DNA of 41,944 nucleotides from Rotaria socialis (Eukaryota): NCBI GenBank assembly GCA_905331295.1, contig CAJNYD010000013.1, positions 330,763 to 372,706 of the forward strand, read 5' to 3'. Shown piece by piece: positions 38,457 to 41,944 of this stretch (position 1 is its first letter; each line of letters starts with the position of its first letter). The notes under the pieces were generated by a model. It saw only the letters and a program-made list of their open reading frames with translations, ran no database searches and was not told where the DNA came from. The position numbers and the translations under genes were made by a program.

Positions 38457-38738
38457 AACGAAATTAAACGCATTAGTAAAATTTAACGAAAAAAAAATCG
38501 TAAAAAGCGCACATTTCTACGCGTTCACAACGCGTTAATATTTTGAACGAAATTAAACGCATTAATAAAATTTAACGAAAAAAAATCGTAAAAAGCGCAC
38601 ATTTCTACGCGTTCACAACGCGTTAATATTTTGAACGAAATTAAACGCATTAATAAAATTTAACGAAAAAAAAATCGTAAAAAGCGCACATTTCAACGCG
38701 TAGAAATGTGCGCTTTTTACGATTTTTTTTTCGTTAAA
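38457..38738. repeat. 88-89-bp subterminal tandem repeats (~2.7 copies) followed by an inverted partial copy
   Basis: Units aacgaaattaaacgcatta...gcgcacatttctacgcgttcacaacgcgttaatattttg start at 38457, 38546 and 38634. acgcgtagaaatgtgcgctttttacg follows in inverted orientation. Confidence 0.9.
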
Positions 38739-39479
38739 ATTCCGACGCGTTTTCAAACGTTTTTTTTTATAGTTTGTCTGACTGGGTTTCGTTTACTATG
38801 TGTATCCTTGAATTTGAGGTAAAAATAAAAGAGGTTAAGAATATAAAATAAGAGAATAATATGTGCTGATAAAATATTTTTATTCGAGGTTTCTCGTGAA
38901 AGATGTGGGTGTTATTTCGACCGACACTCACACTAACACCCACACCCTTAAGATAGCTCCACATCATTGGACCATAATCTTCAGGGTTTCGCCTTCTAAG
39001 ACAGAATTATGCACATTTCAGCACTTTTGAGTAATATATCTTCCATGGTTCACCGTTATCGGGCGTAACATTTTGTGATTCAGTGCTCTTGTACAGAAAT
39101 TTGAAACGTTCTAAACGTGACATTGAGCCATTACACAGTACTGAAATACTACTTTTTTTAATTTTCAGAGTAACTCTATGCATCGCAACCGCCATTCTAT
39201 CAATTTTACATCTCAGAAATAAATAATTCGATAAGGTTTCGTTGCTTTTTCTTCGTAATGTTGAATATTTTATCTTTGTTATCACGTGGCATTCTCCTTC
39301 TAGGTATATAAACGCGTAGCATTTTTTTTTAAAGTTTCAATCATGTTTTTTTCTTCTTCTCTGTGACACAAAACACAGAACGAACAAAACAACTTTTTAT
39401 TGCCGCTTGCATGCAAAGTCAATCGTAATAAAAGACAACGAAAATCGGAAAGAGTATTGAGAATCATCGACTCAAGCCA

Positions 39480-40453
39480 ATGGCAATGACAACAATAGTA
39501 ACAACAATCGCTATAATTAGCCCTGGCGACATGGTAGGTAATATTCTTAATTCAGCATTTACTTGCGTTTTTTATAGGGTCATGCGATAGGTAGAGTTAT
39601 CCTTTCAAATAATCCACAAACCAAACGTGTTATTACTAACTTGAATGGACGTAGCGAACGTACTAAAGCATTGTCATATTCAGCGGGTATTATCGATACA
39701 GGATCCGACGAAGAGCTCCTTCGCCAAGCTGATATAATTCTTTCGATTGTCTCTCCTTCCGAAGCTGCAGCTGTTGCTCATCGTTTTTCACGGCATATGT
39801 CATTAAATCGGGGCAGTACTATTTATGTTGATATGAACGCAATCGCTCCACAAACAACTTGTTCTATTGCTTCAAACTTTTCTGAAGACTGCTTTGTCGA
39901 TGGATCCATCGTTGGTTTACCACCGCGAGCCAACGAATATAGCCCTACAATATATCTCTCTGGCAAACATGCACAAAAAGTTGCACTCGCAATAGGAGAT
40001 ACATCTATGCTTGATATTCGTGTCCTAGGAGATGAGATTGGTCAAGCAAGTGGTCTCAAAATGTGTTATGGCACAATGACTAAAGGGATAACCGCCATCG
40101 CGCTTCATGCATGTGTTGCCGCACGTTCGCTCAAACTCGATGGCGCATTTTTAGATGAGCTCAAAAGAAGTATGCCGCATGGATTTGAAATGGCCAATCG
40201 GCTTATTCCAGATATGGCTCCTAAAGCATCACGGTGGGTAGCTGAAATGGAAGAAATTGCAAAAACCAATGAAGAAATAGGTTTAACTGCCGAACTTTTC
40301 CAAGCAGTAGCGAATACATATAGATTTGTTGCTGAAAAAACCCCATTAGGAAATGAAATCATCGAGGATAGAAAACGAGGTACAACGCTTTCCGATGCTT
40401 TGGATATTATGGCTGAATGTCTCGATCAAAAGAAGCAAAAATTGAACGACTGA
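39480..40453 (+). CDS. NAD(P)-dependent oxidoreductase, 6-phosphogluconate/3-hydroxyisobutyrate dehydrogenase-like with DUF1932-type C-terminus (~309 aa); exons 39480-39533, 39578-40453
   Basis: Splicing the 44-nt GT-AG intron restores the Rossmann motif IAIISPGDMGHAIG. Further motifs: ADIILSIVSP, YVDMNAIAP, FVDGSIVGLPP, ASGLKMCYGTMTKG, RWVAEMEEIA. Confidence 0.88.
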
Positions 40454-40571
40454 AGCGCTAATGCGAAATTGTTATATTATCTTGGCTTTGCCGTACTTTT
40501 TTGTAGTGAATACGCATAAATGCTGCCGCTTTCTCTTTTCACCGTTGTATGTATTCTAAATATCCTGATTA

Positions 40572-40852
40572 CACTGGGAAAAAATATTACCACACGAAAC
40601 CATTTTTTAAACGAATTCTAAACCCTCAAAATGGTTTCGTAAAACCCCAATATAGCCTCAAAATTATTATCAAGAGTCCAGGATACTTTTTCAAAGGTTT
40701 TATAGGAAACCTACGAAATCTAAAAAAGGCTCAGAATTTGTTTCAAAGTGCGAAACCCTTTTTAAGTTCCGTAGTATCTTCGAAACCATTTTAAAGTTCA
40801 GTGAGAAAATTCGAAACTTTCTTGGTTCCCTGTGGTGCTATTTTTTTCAGTG
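40572..40852. mobile_element. 281-bp CACTG-ended MITE with a 2-bp TA target duplication
   Basis: ta|CACTGGGAAAAAATATTACCACA...TGTGGTGCTATTTTTTTCAGTG|ta, with internal gaaacc/ggtttc motifs like those of the 27944 element. Confidence 0.8.
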
Positions 40853-41944
40853 TATCATGATAAGTAAAATCATAGGAAACATCTCAACGAAATCGTGACT
40901 CAAAAAAAAAGAAACAAGATGAAACCGTTATATATTAACCAAGACTATTTCTTAGTTGAGCGATGTCATGTACCGCACATTTTGGACGGGTGTTACCTTG
41001 TCACGCACGACATATCTCAGCGGATACTTCATACTAATTATATCCTGCAGTGGGTGGGGCAGGGAGGCAGAAATCTCACTATTGTAGGTACGCTCACTAT
41101 GCTCTTAGAAACTATATCGGCTCCGCAAGATGCGCACGATGGAGTTGTTTGTGTTTAAATTTGGAAAGACAAGTTATTTTCACATCAAAAGAAAGCACTC
41201 ATTGTCGAAGGATTAAGGTTAAAATACCAGTAGTTTTTAGTAGACCAAAAGTGAGACATTCAGTTTTTACGATGTTCAAGATGGAGTTGTATAGACACAT
41301 CAGGATTATTTACACTGAATTTGTTTTACAAAAGCAACTGAGTATTTCAATAGTAGGGTACAAGAATCCCTGAGGATGCGTGTGTAGATACGTATGGTTT
41401 TTGATCGACACACCCACCCTTTTTGACTTCAATATTCCATTTACAATTTGGAAGGTGTATTTTATATTCAATGTTCATGAATCAAATGCTAATTACGTTG
41501 TCTTTACAGAGTGTTCCATTTATTTCGAAACGATTCTCATAGATTTATTCTTTCTCAGTGACTTATTCAGAACTCCTGATTCGCATATTAATCTAACTCA
41601 CTAAGACTGTACATGTTACCCATATAATCAGTGTTTTTATTGACGAATAAGCCGCCATGGTTGAGTGGATATGTTATTCGACACATATTCACAAGGTGCT
41701 GTGTTCAAACCACAGTATCGCCAACCATGGAATAACCCTGAACAAGTTACTAACGGCTAATTGCTCCGGATGGCTCATCCGATAGCATATCGATTATATC
41801 ATTAGTCAGTATGCAGAGTCAAAACAATAACTTCAACATAGATGTCACGGCCACGTGATCCTATGATGATCACCAACCCATATCATTAACGGGGAAAGCG
41901 TTTGACGAATGGGGTGTAGATACCGTCGTCTGTAAAAGAGAAAA

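Larger units (their letters stand above)
27083..38786 (-). mobile_element. Large CACTA/EnSpm (CMC) transposon, two genes, lacking one terminus
   Basis: Contains a Tnp2-type transposase plus a second ORF. ACGCGT-rich subterminal regions at 27083-27330 and 38370-38760. A terminal ...GTCTGACTGGG at 38786 has no matching CCCAGTCAGAC on the left. Confidence 0.75.

Noticed and set aside
38457..38738. Possible CRISPR-like array
   Set aside because: The units are identical end to end with no variable spacers, and the position fits CACTA subterminal repeats.
40895..41944. Short ORFs and possible element ends at the right edge
   Set aside because: No recognisable motifs, TIR pair or consistent splice structure.

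Overview
AT-rich eukaryotic genomic DNA with many 44-63 nt spliceosomal introns, dense MITEs and a microbial-type gene carrying an intron. This is compatible with a bdelloid-rotifer-like animal genome, which is an inference and not shown directly. The left 25 kb is a tandemly duplicated cluster of secreted-protein genes. It contains a complete 4-exon MACPF/perforin-like gene (12576-18205) and the 3' half of a diverged paralogue (2780-4158). It also contains a 3-exon secreted coiled-coil protein with a Cys-bracketed polybasic (furin-type) site followed by a hydrophobic peptide (9003-7351, minus), transcribed head-to-head with a secreted Pro/Arg-rich peptide gene (9892; second copy at 23010). 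The second cassette copy stops about 140 bp before the point where a third MACPF gene would begin, at a composite CACTA/EnSpm (CMC) insertion (24834-38786). That insertion holds a multi-exon, apparently frameshifted transposase and a second ORF. An intron-containing 6PGD/DUF1932-type NAD(P) oxidoreductase, a horizontal-transfer candidate, follows at 39480-40453. The most interesting hypothesis is a co-duplicated three-part secreted defence/toxin cassette: perforin, a protease-activated coiled-coil protein and a proline-rich peptide. All exon models were spliced by hand and no database searches were run.
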